Assembly: GCA_905331295.1 (NCBI GenBank)
Contig: CAJNYD010000106.1
Coordinates: 1-64,000, forward strand
Reading direction: 5' to 3'
Length of the DNA stretch: 64,000 nt
Source of the DNA: Rotaria socialis
Taxonomy: Eukaryota
In this document: piece after piece, positions 1 to 11,767 of the stretch
Numbering within the stretch: position 1 is the stretch's first letter
Layout of the letters: each line of letters starts with the position of its first letter
The notes under the pieces: model-generated
What the model was told of the DNA's origin: nothing
Databases searched by the model: none
The model's input: only the letters and a program-made list of their open reading frames with translations
Position numbers and translations under genes: made by a program

Positions 1-19
1 CAGATAGTAAAGAATTCGA

Positions 20-65
20 CTGGTCGCTCAGCTAGGTGACTATTTAAATACTACTACTACTACTA
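20..65 (+). repeat. (TAC)n tail with a short unique leader; possible 3' end of a non-LTR retroelement
   Basis: ...ggtcgctcagctaggtgactatttaaa followed by (tac)~6; short tandem tails are typical of LINE/SINE 3' ends. No ORF visible. Confidence 0.3.
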
Positions 66-594
66 AATGTATCTTTTTTTTTCGAATTAACTGAATACTA
101 TTGAAATCAAATTGGATGTAAAACATTTATGTAACTAGTCTGCTTTATATGATTTTTCCTATCCTTGAAAGTTACTTGGATATTATAGAAAAATAGTCAT
201 TCAGTATGTATAAATGGGGAAGATTTAGAATAATTCGAAATCACAGATATCTCAGGCTGCTAAGGTTAGATGAGAGCAAGACTTTCAATGACTTAAGGGA
301 TTGATCAGAGGATTGTTACAAAATTAGTCAGAGTTAAGGAGAGTTTCCAATTTTGTTTTTGAAAATTGATCATCAAAAAGATACAATCACTTTGCTCAAG
401 ACAAACAAAATGTTTTTCGGGGACCTAGAAATCAAATCCCTGCTGTACTTTTAGAGTAAAAGTACTCCACATCTGAAATGATTTTTTTTCCATTTCATCT
501 ATATTATTTATGTACTTGAATTCGGATAATGCGTCGTTTTCAATCAATGAAAATCTATTGATTTTCAATGATTAATACCACTACTTGTGAATAT

Positions 595-659
595 GGGTGT
601 GGGTGTGGTTGAGTTACGAATACAGTCACATCCACACACCCACACCCCACCCACACCCT
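595..659. repeat. TGTGGG/CCCACA inverted hairpin motif (copy 1)
   Basis: gggtgtgggtgtgg-ttgagttacgaatacagtcacat-ccacacacccacaccccacccacacc; its reverse complement matches 9097-9165. Confidence 0.75.
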
Positions 660-1307
660 CACAGCATAGCAATAATTTGAAGCATTTTTTTGAATACTTT
701 CTGGTATGTCTTTTTAATCATTTACTAAAAGAACTAGAAATAAGATTTTTCCTTTACTTATAATCTCTGAACACTTAGCTTGAAAATCTGCTATCTAGTT
801 TTCTCGGGTTTTATTTTATTGTTGAGTTAATTAGACTTTATTGATGTCGTTGAAAATTCATATCAATGCGTTAAAACTGCTATCATTTATGGGTGCTTCT
901 ATCATCACCAGTTATCCTGATAGCAAAATGATTTACAGATTTAGAATCAGCATATGAAACTACGCATAATCTAGTTTTTAGAAAAAAAATCTTCAAAAAA
1001 CGACCCTAGGGTGGGGTACACGCAAAATTTTCGAAAAACTAATGCTTCCACGTAGTTTCATACGCTGATTCTAAAATAAATGATAGCAGTTTAAACACAT
1101 TTATATCGATTTTCGATAGCATCAAGAAAAGTCCAATTTTCTCAACAATAAAGCATGAACCGAGAAATGTACATAGCAGATTTTCAAGCTAAGATTTCAG
1201 AGATTCTAAATAAAGCAAAATTCTTATTTCTAGATCTCTGACTTAATGATTAGATATACATACCAGAAAGTATTCGAAAAAATTCTTCAAATTATTGCTA
1301 CGCTGTG
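660..1307. mobile_element. Foldback MITE (~650 bp) with long imperfect terminal inverted repeats
   Basis: 5' cacagcatagcaataatttgaag...ttagcttgaaaatctgcta is mirrored by tagcagattttcaagctaag...cttcaaattattgctacgctgtg 3'; arms over 200 bp; no ORF. Confidence 0.8.
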
Positions 1308-2219
1308 GGCATTTTTTAGCTTAGATAACTTTGTCTTTAATCAAATGATCCTTTTATGGTCAACTTTTTGTGCTGATCACGAATCTGAAATCATATTTTT
1401 GATTCGAGCAATCATATAAAATATAGTCAACTAATCAAGGATCTGATTGAATACAGAAAAATATTCAATGTCAACATTTGTGGTGTAGAGTAACTATTTT
1501 GCTCAACTTTTATCTAAATAAGCAATACTATCGAAGATGTAGAATTTCAAGGGCTTTCAGGTAATATATGAACTATTTTGGGATGGCATGATCCGGCATG
1601 GTTATAGTCAAAATACTGAAAAGTTCCCATTTTAACCAATCGTAATTTTTGTCTATATATTGGTATTATCTACTGATATATGATGCTGGATAAACAAATC
1701 AATCACTACGTTTTGTAGAGAAAATATTTCTCTATCTTTTGAGACGTTTTTGAACTCAAACGAATGAGCAAATGTAGAGGAACGGACAAAATACTAATGA
1801 CACCCTAAAAACTTCACTTTTTGACCAAATATAAATGGTGTATAACTTATTAACGCTAGTATTTTTCACAGGCACATCAGAAAGATCTGATATTTTGGAT
1901 TCACTTATGGTATGACTAGACCTTCGATTTAAGATAGTTAAATCGAAAATCAACAGTTCACCGGCGGCCGACTCCTAGTAAAGCTGCTAAGTGGTTCCAC
2001 GGACCCTCTCTTAAGATTCATTTAGAAAAAGGGTTCATCCCCATTTGAGAAAATTATAGAATAACTAGGAATATATTGGAATGGTTAGGAAGGGCGGGGA
2101 ATGCCCGAATGAGTTTTTCCCCCTTGGATATATTAGTCTGAACTAAAAAAGTTTGAATTCACATTTTCTTCTCCAGCATCTGAACGTTTACTATTCACAT
2201 TGTAGACAACTAATCAACG

Positions 2220-2730
2220 ACCTAACATTTGATTATCATATTAGTATGTCATAGCTATTTCAGCAAGCCGATTTTGAATCAAATATGTTGCATGTTATAG
2301 AACAAAATAAACTATAAGCATTCCTTCAACAGAACGAAAGATAACTTGGCTCATGTAAGACAGAATGAATTTCACCTCAAAAGCATAATCATGCGAGCAA
2401 TTGCTAATGACTTCGCAATCATTGTTTGTGTTAGATCAGGAATTTCTTTTGTAGTAACTTAACTCGTCGCCCCAAGTAAAAATGAGTCTATTGAATAAAA
2501 AAATTACAAATACACATACTTCTGGTGTAATATCATCTAGGCTGATTTCCCGTTCCACTAGTTGTCAATATTAAATTCGGTCGTAATTCATCACACAATT
2601 TCAACAATGTTTCCTAGAATTAAGAAATAAACTAGATCAACCTAACATTTAAACGATAAAAACGACATTCCTTGACATGCAGCTGGTCCTGAACGATCTT
2701 TTCTTGGATCATCATAACCAGGGGTACTCA
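2220..2730 (-). pseudogene. Gephyrin/MogA-like G-domain (molybdopterin adenylyltransferase) relic with introns
   Basis: Minus-strand exon remnants translate VSTPGYDDPRKDRSGPAACQ / ETLLKLCDELRPNLILTTSGTG-(+1 frameshift)-ISLDDITPE / KEIPDLTQTMIAKSLAIARMIMLLR / ECL*FIL. These are colinear with the gephyrin G-domain motifs TVS..DRSG, ETLIDWCDE..NLILTTGGTG...D.TPE, E.PG....M...SL....MLSR and ECFQFIL. Frameshift, stop codon and no NLPGS segment. Confidence 0.7.
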
Positions 2731-3885
2731 CTGGAATAAACTAAAATATATTTATAATCAGTTATTCGGTTGAGTTAAGGAATGAATATGTGAAATAAAT
2801 AAATATTTGACCAGAGGAAAATAAATAAGTTCCTATCAAACACGCATACATGATCATAGAGCTCTTCTAAACAAAAACAAAGGTAAGAATAAAACATAGT
2901 TGATTGTATAACATACGAAATCGATCCTCTAATTTTTGTGTTTTTCTTTTTCCACCATGGAATTCATAAAATTTGTTTCTAAGGATTCGAAACCGAATAG
3001 AGGTACAATAATACCTGATTTTATCTACATATATGAAATTCATGATAGAATTGAATTTATTTGAGAGGAAAACGAAGTTACCTGTTAATTGTTGACCATT
3101 TTTAGTTGCTAATTTCTATACATGTTCAGCTGATTGACGTTCTTCGATTTTCTGAATAGAATCATTTTCTCCCGTTATTCAAAACCAAAACAGTTCAATT
3201 AATTATTTTGGCTCTTGTTCAAGATTTCTATGGCATTGAGTAAGTAAAATTTTTAATTCCTATTGGAGCTTGCTCTACACAGTTATTTTCAACAATCGAT
3301 GTTGTATCATCAATATAACAACCAATTCATATTTGATTTTTAGCTTGCTGAGATTTGGAGAGCTCAAATAAATTGATTAATTTTTTGATAGTCATTTATC
3401 TTCATTATGGTTGCAGTTTAAGTTCACTATTCGAACGAATATGATATTGTAATTCAGCATCGGTTTGTTGAGAAAAAAATCAACCTGATAATGATTGATT
3501 ACGATCCGTTAAAAGGTTTGTTCAACCTTTTTGTTTAACAGTTTGTATTAATTCAGGTAGTTTCAAGATTATCTTTAGCATACATATGATGTCTTAATTC
3601 CTGCATAGATTTCTTCACTTTTAATAATACATTTTATTAATTGAATTAATAATTCAATCAGAGTCTCAGTTGACATTGATCGTTCTGGTTTAATCCGTGT
3701 AAGTTGTTCACCGCGATCATACCGAGATGGATTTGTTAGAATAGGGTACGTATAAGTGTGGGCAGATTTTTAAAAAAAATATCGACAACAGAAGCATCAT
3801 ATTGTCATAATATTAAAACCCTATCTATTTTTTATCTATATCAATTGATAGAAAAAGATGAATTCTTTGTCTATTAAATTAATAA

Positions 3886-3955
3886 GTGTATGCGTGTGGG
3901 TGTGGAGCGACGGGATGATAGACACTGATTCATACCTACACCCACACCCACACCC
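3886..3955. repeat. TGTGGG/CCCACA inverted hairpin motif (copy 2)
   Basis: gtgtatgcgtgtgggtgtgg ... tacacccacacccacaccc arms around a ~28-nt spacer. Confidence 0.65.
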
Positions 3956-4641
3956 AGGGATCCTTAGAGGATCAAGATTGTCAAAAATATAAGATTTTTC
4001 GATAAAAATGACAAAAAGAGAGAATATTTTATACACCGCTTCTGTTCAATTGTTTTGGTGTTTTTTAACAGCTCTGCTTGAAAATCGTCTTAATGAAGCT
4101 GTTATAAACAGTTCAACCATAGCCAAGATCCTTATGTAACTTTTCTACTGAAATAAGTCACCAATTCGAGGATCATTATAAAAGTTTTTCACAAATCGAT
4201 AAATAACAATAAAGTAAATCATAAGCTTTGAAAAAACAAATGCTATTTCTCATAATAAAAAGAGCCATTTCAGATTACGGACATGACTTCCCAAAAAAAT
4301 CTCAACCTAATTTTATTGTCCTGATAATCAGCATTCATTGCTTATTATTTTCCACAAGTTTATTTTGTATTTTATCATAACTCAATTTTTTCTGGTAATA
4401 AATAAGAGTAAATGAAAATGCATATACACAGGATGGTGTAAAATTTCACGAGCTTTCAAAAAATGTGGTTACTTAAAATAAAATATGTTCTTTTGGTAAC
4501 AGTATCCTCAAAATAGATAGTGAAACTTATTTTTCCAGTGGTATATATATATACAGCTTTTATGTCTAACTAAAACTTCACAAAAAAAACTGGTACATGA
4601 TCACTGCGTGAATGTTTTTCTTCTTTTGAACTATTTTGTAT

Positions 4642-5620
4642 TTTGAAACAAATGTCGCTATAATACAAGGATTTGCCCAAAACACATGATGATACACATT
4701 AAAAGTTTTTTTTTCGTCTAAAGACAATAGCAAAATTAAGAGCTTTTCGGAAATTTTCTACTTTCTTCGATAAAATATAGGACAAAAATAAGACTTTTTT
4801 GAAAATATAGGAATTATAGGAAATATAGGCCGAATCGCAGCTCAGCCGCTCTTGCCTAGTGTAATATATTTTTTCTGATCAATTTTACAATAGTTCATAT
4901 TTGTAAATTGTCTAATAGTGTTTGTTGTTTGTGTGAAATGTTAGTGATGTTAATTTAGAGGGTTGTTTTTTATTTTCTAATATATAAAACAACTTTTTTA
5001 TATTATTACTATTAAGAAAAGAAATAAGCAATCACATTAATCGTCAGTTACTCTTCGTTTGAATCAGTGGTGAACCCAGGATTCTGGGCTAGGGGGGGTG
5101 TAACGGCACAGTGTGTCGTTACTTGTGTTGTCGATTGTTTGGTTTCTGATTTCTAGTTCGCCTTTCGTTGTCTTTCTTGATACGTTAGTTCTTCGTGTAA
5201 ACTACTGTTTAAAACAAATGTCGCTATAATACAAGGATTTGCTCAAAAACACATGATTATACACATTAAAAGTTTTTTTTTCGTCTAAAGACAATAGCAA
5301 AATTAAGAGGTTTTTTGAAATTTTCTATTTTTTTCGATAAAATATAGGTCGAATCGCAGCCCAGCCGCTCTTGCCTAGTGTAATATATTTTTTCTGATCA
5401 ATTTTACATTAGTTCATATTTGTAAATTGTCTAATAGTGTTTGTTGTTTGTGTGAAATGTTAGTGGTGTTAATTTAGAGGGTTGTTTTTTATTTTCTAAT
5501 ATATAAAACAACTTTTTTATATTATTACTATTAAGAAAAGAAATAAGCAATCACATTAATCATCAGTTACTCTTCGTTTGAATCAGTGATGGAGCCAGGA
5601 TTCTGGGCTAGGGGGGGCTA
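4642..5620 (+). repeat. Local direct duplication, two copies (~4642-5100 and ~5208-5620)
   Basis: aaacaaatgtcgctataatacaaggatttg...gaatcgcagc.cagccgctcttgcctagtg...ctcttcgtttgaatcagtg...ccaggattctgggctaggggggg occurs twice with few differences. Confidence 0.9.
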
Positions 5621-5931
5621 AGCCCCCGGAAAAAATTTCCGTGAATTGTTTGAGAATTTGAAAGTTATTTTGGATTTTTCTTGGGAATTTTGACAATTTC
5701 ACTATGTTTTTTTCGGATTTCGGAAGCTTTTTTAGATTTTTGGAGAATTTTCGAAGATTTTGAAATTTTTTCTTGATTCTTGCAGGAGTTTTTGAGTTTC
5801 ATAGCGGGCGACACTGGCTAAAACATGAAATTGGAAAGATTACTACATATTTATATAAAAAAATGCATTTTATAAAATCTCGCTAGGGGGGAGGGGCTGA
5901 GCCCCCCCTAGCCCCCCTGATTCCGCCACTG
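5584..5931. mobile_element. hAT-type non-autonomous MITE (348 bp) with 8-bp TSD
   Basis: Termini CAGTGATGGAGCCAGG.../...CCTGATTCCGCCACTG; perfect 8-bp duplication GTTTGAAT at 5576-5583 and 5932-5939; G/C-run subterminal motifs. Confidence 0.85.
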
Positions 5932-6719
5932 GTTTGAATGTCTATTGTTGTCATGGTGCAGTCCTCCTCCAAAAAGCGTACATGCTTGAAAAAAGAAAAG
6001 AATTGCATTGAATTATGTCGCTATGCAAAAAAAAGGTAAGAAAAAAAAACGTTTGAAAAAAGTCAAATAAACATTATCAGGTGAAAATTGAATTCTTTTC
6101 AACAACAACAACAACCATAACACATCATTGATTTTTTAATTCTCGGTCATGGTAAGTTATTCGGAAGGATTCGAAAAATACAAGACACTATTTGAAATGT
6201 TATACATTACAAGAAACCCAAATTACCATATTTGAACCCCTATTTTTTAAAGCTGAGATTACTCAAAATAAAGCTATAATTGTAAACTTTAAATGTAAAT
6301 GAGAGTAAGAATGAGAAAATTTCTAAACGCAGAGACATAGAAACAGTAAAAGTAGAAAACGTAACTTCACCCGCATAGATAGATTCAACACCGTGTTCGA
6401 TTTTTTTTTATTCAAACTTGTTTTCTAATTTGCAATGAGTCATACGCTGCTTGCGTACGTACGAAGCAGAGTTTTATGTTTTGATTAATATCGGTATTTT
6501 CAACAAAGACCATTTGGACAACAAGTGGGTGTGAGTGTGGCTAATTGGTAGCATTGTACAGAAATTAACTCACACTCACCTTATCTCACCTTCCAGATAT
6601 TGTGCATTCAAGAATAATATCTTGATATCATATTTATTTTAATCAACTTATTTCAGATATCTTTTTCAATAGCTTTGAATTTGTAATCAATCTGTAACAG
6701 TAGATAAAACATCGGTATA

Positions 6720-8700
6720 ATGAATCGTTTTGGTGATATTGACGCTTCAAATAAAAGACTTCCACCTATTTATGGCTATCACGCTGAAAAATCTGTTACA
6801 ATAGAAAAAGCACTGGAACCTATCGAGTCTGAAATTGAAGAACTACCTCGTTTTATAAAAATAGCTAAAAAACACTGTCATTTCCCATCCGAACATGGAC
6901 TAACACAAGATCAATCAGCTGCGATCTATATTTATACAATGGAATGGGGCGATACTACATTGTATCGTGTTTTGAATAAAGCATTACGATCAGAAAATCG
7001 GCAAGCATTAAAGATATGGTTTCCGTACTTAAAACTATTTGATACAGCATTAGATAAGCTGCCTACTGTCAAAGAAGCAGTATGGAGAGGTATACCTATT
7101 GATATTGGTAAGAATTTCATTAAAAATCAAACTGTGACGTGGTGGAGTGTTAATTCATGTTCATCATCACCGAACGTTATTAAAACTTTTCTTGGAGGCA
7201 CTCAAAACTCAACTCTATTTTTAATTGAAACTATGAATGGAAAAAAAATTTCTGGATATACGGAATATGAAAATGAAGATGAAGTTATTCTACGAATGGG
7301 TTCCGAATTTCGTGTAAAAGGTGATCCTTTGGCTCAATTGAATGGTTCATACGTTGTACACTTAATTGCAATTGATGATAATAATGATCAACCATTAGCT
7401 TCAAATAATAACAGTACTTGTGGTAAGTCATTATACTTTTTCTCTGTAAAATAGCATCTTTTTTATGATGACGAAAGATATCACTGAATAGTTAATTGCT
7501 TTGAATGAACTCTTTGGATGTGGGTGTGTATTTAGATGGATATACACAATCGAACTAGACATAATCATAATATAACTTTTCATTTGTCTCTTTCAAATCT
7601 TTGTATAATTCTTCGAATTTTCGACAAAAAACATCTATTAAAGGAATTTTCCTCTATACTTTCGAAATTATGATAGTGATCTCATATACTACCGGATTAA
7701 CTAAGAATGCTTTCGAGAGTAGTTCTTTTCACACTACCATCTACGAGAACGATCTCCTTTGATTTTACGTTTTCTTCTAGTTAATATTCCTGCTAATACC
7801 AAATGGGCACAGGAAGGTGTGACTATTGCTGGCGGTAATGGGAAAGGCAATGGCACCAAAAAACTGCACTGTCCTCATGGTCTCTTTGTTGATGATGATC
7901 AAACAGTGGTTATTGCTGACTGGATGAATCATCGTATCATCCAATGGAAGAAAGATGATACCACGAATGGACAAGTTGTTGCTGGTGGCAAAGGCGAAGG
8001 AAATGGATTGAATCAATTGAGGTATCCAATTGATGTATTGATTGATAAAGAGACGGATAGTCTCATTATTTGTGATGAAAACAATCGACGCGTAGTACGA
8101 TGGTCTCGTCGTAGGGGTACAACAGAAGGAGAAATACTCATTGACAACATCCGATGTTACGGATTGGCTATAGATGAGCAGAGATATCTCTACGTCTCTG
8201 ATCGCGAAAGACATGAAGTAAGACGATATCAATTGGGATATAGAAATGGCACTATCGTAGCGGGTGGAAATGGCGAAGGTAGTGATCTCAATCAACTCAA
8301 TTCGCCGCGATATCTCTTTGTCGACCAACAACAGAATGTCTACATATCAGACTGCGGAAATCATCGTGTAATGAAATGGATGAAAGGTGCAAAAGAAGGC
8401 ATCATGGTAGCTGGAGGTCAAGGTAAAGGGAGTGCTTTGACACAATTGGATCGGCCTAATGGACTCTTCGTCGACACATTGGGTACTCTCTATGTAGCAG
8501 ACCAGGGGAATGATCGTGTGATGCGTTGGATTCAAGGAGCGAAACGAGGTACTGTAATTATGGGTGGAAATGGTCAAGGAGAAGGAACAAATCAGTTCTA
8601 CTGGCCCTGGGGTTTGTCTTTCGATCGACATGGCAATCTCTATGTCACCGATTATAATAATCATCGTGTTCAACGATTTTCTATCGAATCAGGCATGTGA
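6720..8700 (+). CDS. NAD+-protein-arginine ADP-ribosyltransferase (R-S-ExE, ARTC-like) fused to an NHL-repeat beta-propeller; 2 exons (6720-7422, 7781-8700), 540 aa
   Basis: Exon 1 has VWRG, WWSVNSCSS and ENEDEV (catalytic R, S-x-S, E-x-E) plus YTME/LYRVLNKALR. Phase-1 GT-AG intron 7423-7780 joins it in frame to about six NHL repeats (AGG.G.G....L..P.GL.VD....Y.AD..N.RV). No signal peptide. Confidence 0.9.
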
Positions 8701-9096
8701 ATTGGTTTTTTTGTTCGTTTCTTTTTCTGCTTTGAAATAAATGAAAAAGAAATGAAATTTTATTTCTCTCTTTCGATTGAAGGAAAAGAAAAAAGCTAAA
8801 TATAATATTGCATCTTGTTTTTCTCTTATATGTTGACAATAAGAAAAATGAATGAATTAAATAAAAAATTACGTTGAAAAGAAAATTAACATAAATAAAA
8901 AAGGACTAATGAAAAAATTTACAATAAAAAACGAGAAGAAAAAACAACGAATTATACAATCTCAATTAATTGTAACAAATTGAAAAAAATACATATATTT
9001 AGTGTTAAATGGTCTATGTGGAAATTGAACTGAAAGAAAAACAAGAAAATGAAATGAATTAATTGATTGGAAATTGTTTTTTTACTTAATGGTATG

Positions 9097-9165
9097 TGAG
9101 TGTGGGTGGCGGAGAGTGTAAGTGTGTGGATGTGACTGTATTTTTAACTCAATCACACCCACACC
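9097..9165. repeat. TGTGGG/CCCACA hairpin motif, inverted copy of 595-659
   Basis: gtgtgtggatgtgactgtatttttaactcaatcacacccacaccc versus the reverse complement of copy 1, gtgtgtggatgtgactgtattcgtaactcaaccacacccacaccc. Confidence 0.75.
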
Positions 9166-10864
9166 CTTTTTAAGCTGATGTGTCTAGTGGTGAGGGAATC
9201 AGTCTCTAGCCATAAATATGGCTCAGTTATAGTAAAAACGAAAATGTGTTAGCACTAAACTCAGCACTTTATGTTAATATTATTTCGTAAGAAAGCAAGC
9301 GTGTTTGAAATGTATTCTGTTGGGTAAAATAATGAATTGGAATGGGCTGCAGCTGAATATGTATTGGGGTTCTATGACACGAGAACGTGGGTATGCGTTA
9401 TAATAGTTTATTTGATTTTTTCTGAAATTCTCATTCAATCAATTTGAGTTTGATGAAAGTGAAACGAAAAGTAAATGCTTATAACTAGTGTTTCTCGCTG
9501 CACTCGATTTCATCAGTGTGAACTTTCTTTGGATTGTTATATATGGTGAGACGCTAGTCAAGTCATTTGCGGGGCACGAAGTATATAGGCAAGCCTACAA
9601 AATATAATTATATGGGACACAGCCATGCAACATCCATATTTTTCTTGAATATATTTGAAGGGGAAAAACTGACTTATGACTACATTTAAGAGATAAATCA
9701 ATGTCTTGTTGATGGTCTGTCTTAAAAACAGTTATTTATGACGCTAAAACTCAATACTGTAGTTCAATAATATCAAAAATTGATATATAAAGCATAATTT
9801 TATTTATTATCCACATTGTTTCATAATACGAAGTTCGATTAATTAATTTTCGAAACAGAAAAGGGCAACGACAGATCGTGTATGATCATATATGACCAGA
9901 CAAGATCTGCATTACATACTACTGTGTGTTTCTTTTGCTTTGGAATCTTATTTGATCTGATAGGGTTTGACAAGAATTACCCAATCGGCTCATGTATGTT
10001 TACGGATGTATGAAGCGGTATTTTTTGCCCTAATCCACGGTTGCTTGTTTGCTCTTCTTATACTGCCTAATGGATTTTAAATCTGTATGAATAATCTTTA
10101 ATTATTGTTACCATGTACTAGAATGATTTTTAATCAACTAAAATGCGTCGTCTAAGTCTTGACGAAAAGCAACTGCCATCATCTTGCAAATTCCTAAGTG
10201 CTTGACTATCATCCATGAAAAAACATCGAATATTTGGTAGCTTCCTATTTATTCTCACCTATAAAAGACTTTTGCACCATGTGATCCTATGTTTGACAAC
10301 TGGTTTTGTAAGACTTTCTGGGAGTGCTTGATATGTTTCTTATTATCCAACTGTACTTTGAAAATAAATTGATATTCGTATTCGAAGTATTTAGTATTAT
10401 CGAACTAAAAAGATTAATATCAAAACGACGATCAAAAGGATTTTAGACAAATGAAGAGGATCTTGGAAATAATCAGGGCTCATATCAATTCTAAAACACT
10501 AATGTAATTATGGCCCGAGTTTTTATGACGCCAAGTCCGTAATTTAAAACAAATATTGACATATTGGAAGCTCTTTAATGTGTCATAATGAAAAAATCAG
10601 CCAATAATAAACAGCTATATGCTTTCCATTATCTAATTTTTACTTCATCTTACTTCTCCAGAAAGATAAAGTACCACCCCTATTCTCCATCCAGCTACAC
10701 CCACATCCAAAGCATATTGCAATCTAGCGCTATCTGTCATAAAATAGAGAATGAATGGTGATGTGTTTAGACCAATGTCTTTCGATGCTGTGTAGATAGA
10801 TTACGCATCGCATATTGTTTCGTTTTCTATTTTTTTTTGTCCATCTCATCAACTGTTTCTCAGT

Positions 10865-11767
10865 ATGATTTCTGACACGATTTTAATAGTTTGTATTTCT
10901 ATTGCGACTGCATTACTTGGTGAAGGTGAGGTTTTTTTGTTGCTACTGTAAAAGCTCTCTTTTTTTACAAGTAGTTTCTTTTTGATTCATTTAGGTCTCA
11001 CATGGCTGCTTGTCTATCGAACAGAAAAGTATCAAAGATTGAAAGGTGAAGTTGAAAAAGCAAGTAAACGATGTAAGTTGAACCTTTTACTTTTTTTGCT
11101 TTGAAAATTATTAGTTCATGATGAATTTCTTTGCATTCAATAGTGGAACGTCAAAAAGAAACTGTTAGTGAAGCAGCAGATAAAGTTCAAAAACGAAAAC
11201 TTGGTAAATAACATATTTCTTTATTGATGTATATTTGTTTTTCTCTGAAATTTTAGAACGACAAGAAGAAAAATTAAAAGTTAATAATCGAGATTTATCA
11301 ATGGTAAAAATGAAATCAATGTTTGCATCAAGTTTTACATTTATGGCATTACTCGGCATGTTTAATTCAATGTAAGTTCGAATCTTTATAAGAAAAACGA
11401 ATAGAACATTCCTATTGAATATTTTAGTTTTGAAGGTCGTGTTGTTGCTAAACTTCCATTCGAACCAATTCTTTGGATACGTGGATTATCGCATAGAAAT
11501 TTATCTGGCGATGATTTTACTGATTGTTCATTCATTTTTCTATATGTTTTATGCACCATGTCTATTCGACAAGTAAAATACAATAAAAACAATTTTCATC
11601 CATAAAATTTTATTTCCTTTTAGAATGTTCAAAAAATATTTGGTCGTAAGTATTTAATTTGATTAAGATTTTGTTAATTTCTGTATGATTTAGTTGCTCC
11701 ATCACGTGCTGCAAGTAAAGCATCTGGTGGTTTCTTTTCACCTCCTGGTCAATTATCACAACGTTAA
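10865..11767 (+). CDS. TMCO1: TMCO1 (calcium load-activated channel / Oxa1-superfamily ER insertase); 7 exons: 10865-10925, 10995-11072, 11144-11203, 11257-11371, 11428-11572, 11624-11645, 11694-11767
   Basis: Spliced translation MISDTILIVCISIATALLGEGLTWLLVYRTEKYQRLKGEVEKASKRLERQKE...ERQEEKLKVNNRDLSMVKMKSMFA...FEGRVVAKLPFEPILWIRGLSHRNLSGDDFTDCSFIFLYVLCTMSIRQNVQKIFGLAPSRAASK is closely similar to animal TMCO1. All introns are GT-AG and phase-consistent. Missed by the ORF track. Confidence 0.95.

Noticed and set aside
1310..2015. Possible TTAA-type (Kolobok/piggyBac) element ending ...ggaccctctc|ttaa
   Set aside because: Only one plausible terminus; no matching TIR or transposase found.
7777..8673. 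Minus-strand ORFs of 184 and 108 aa
   Set aside because: Antisense shadows of the NHL exon with no independent motifs.
9840..10560. Coding-like minus-strand text between ART-NHL and TMCO1
   Set aside because: Many stops and no motif I can recognise, so no call can be supported.
595..10712. CRISPR-like array or prokaryotic defence operon around the ART gene
   Set aside because: Repeats are dispersed and irregular, with no fixed repeat-spacer period or cas genes; the locus is spliceosomal-intron eukaryotic DNA.
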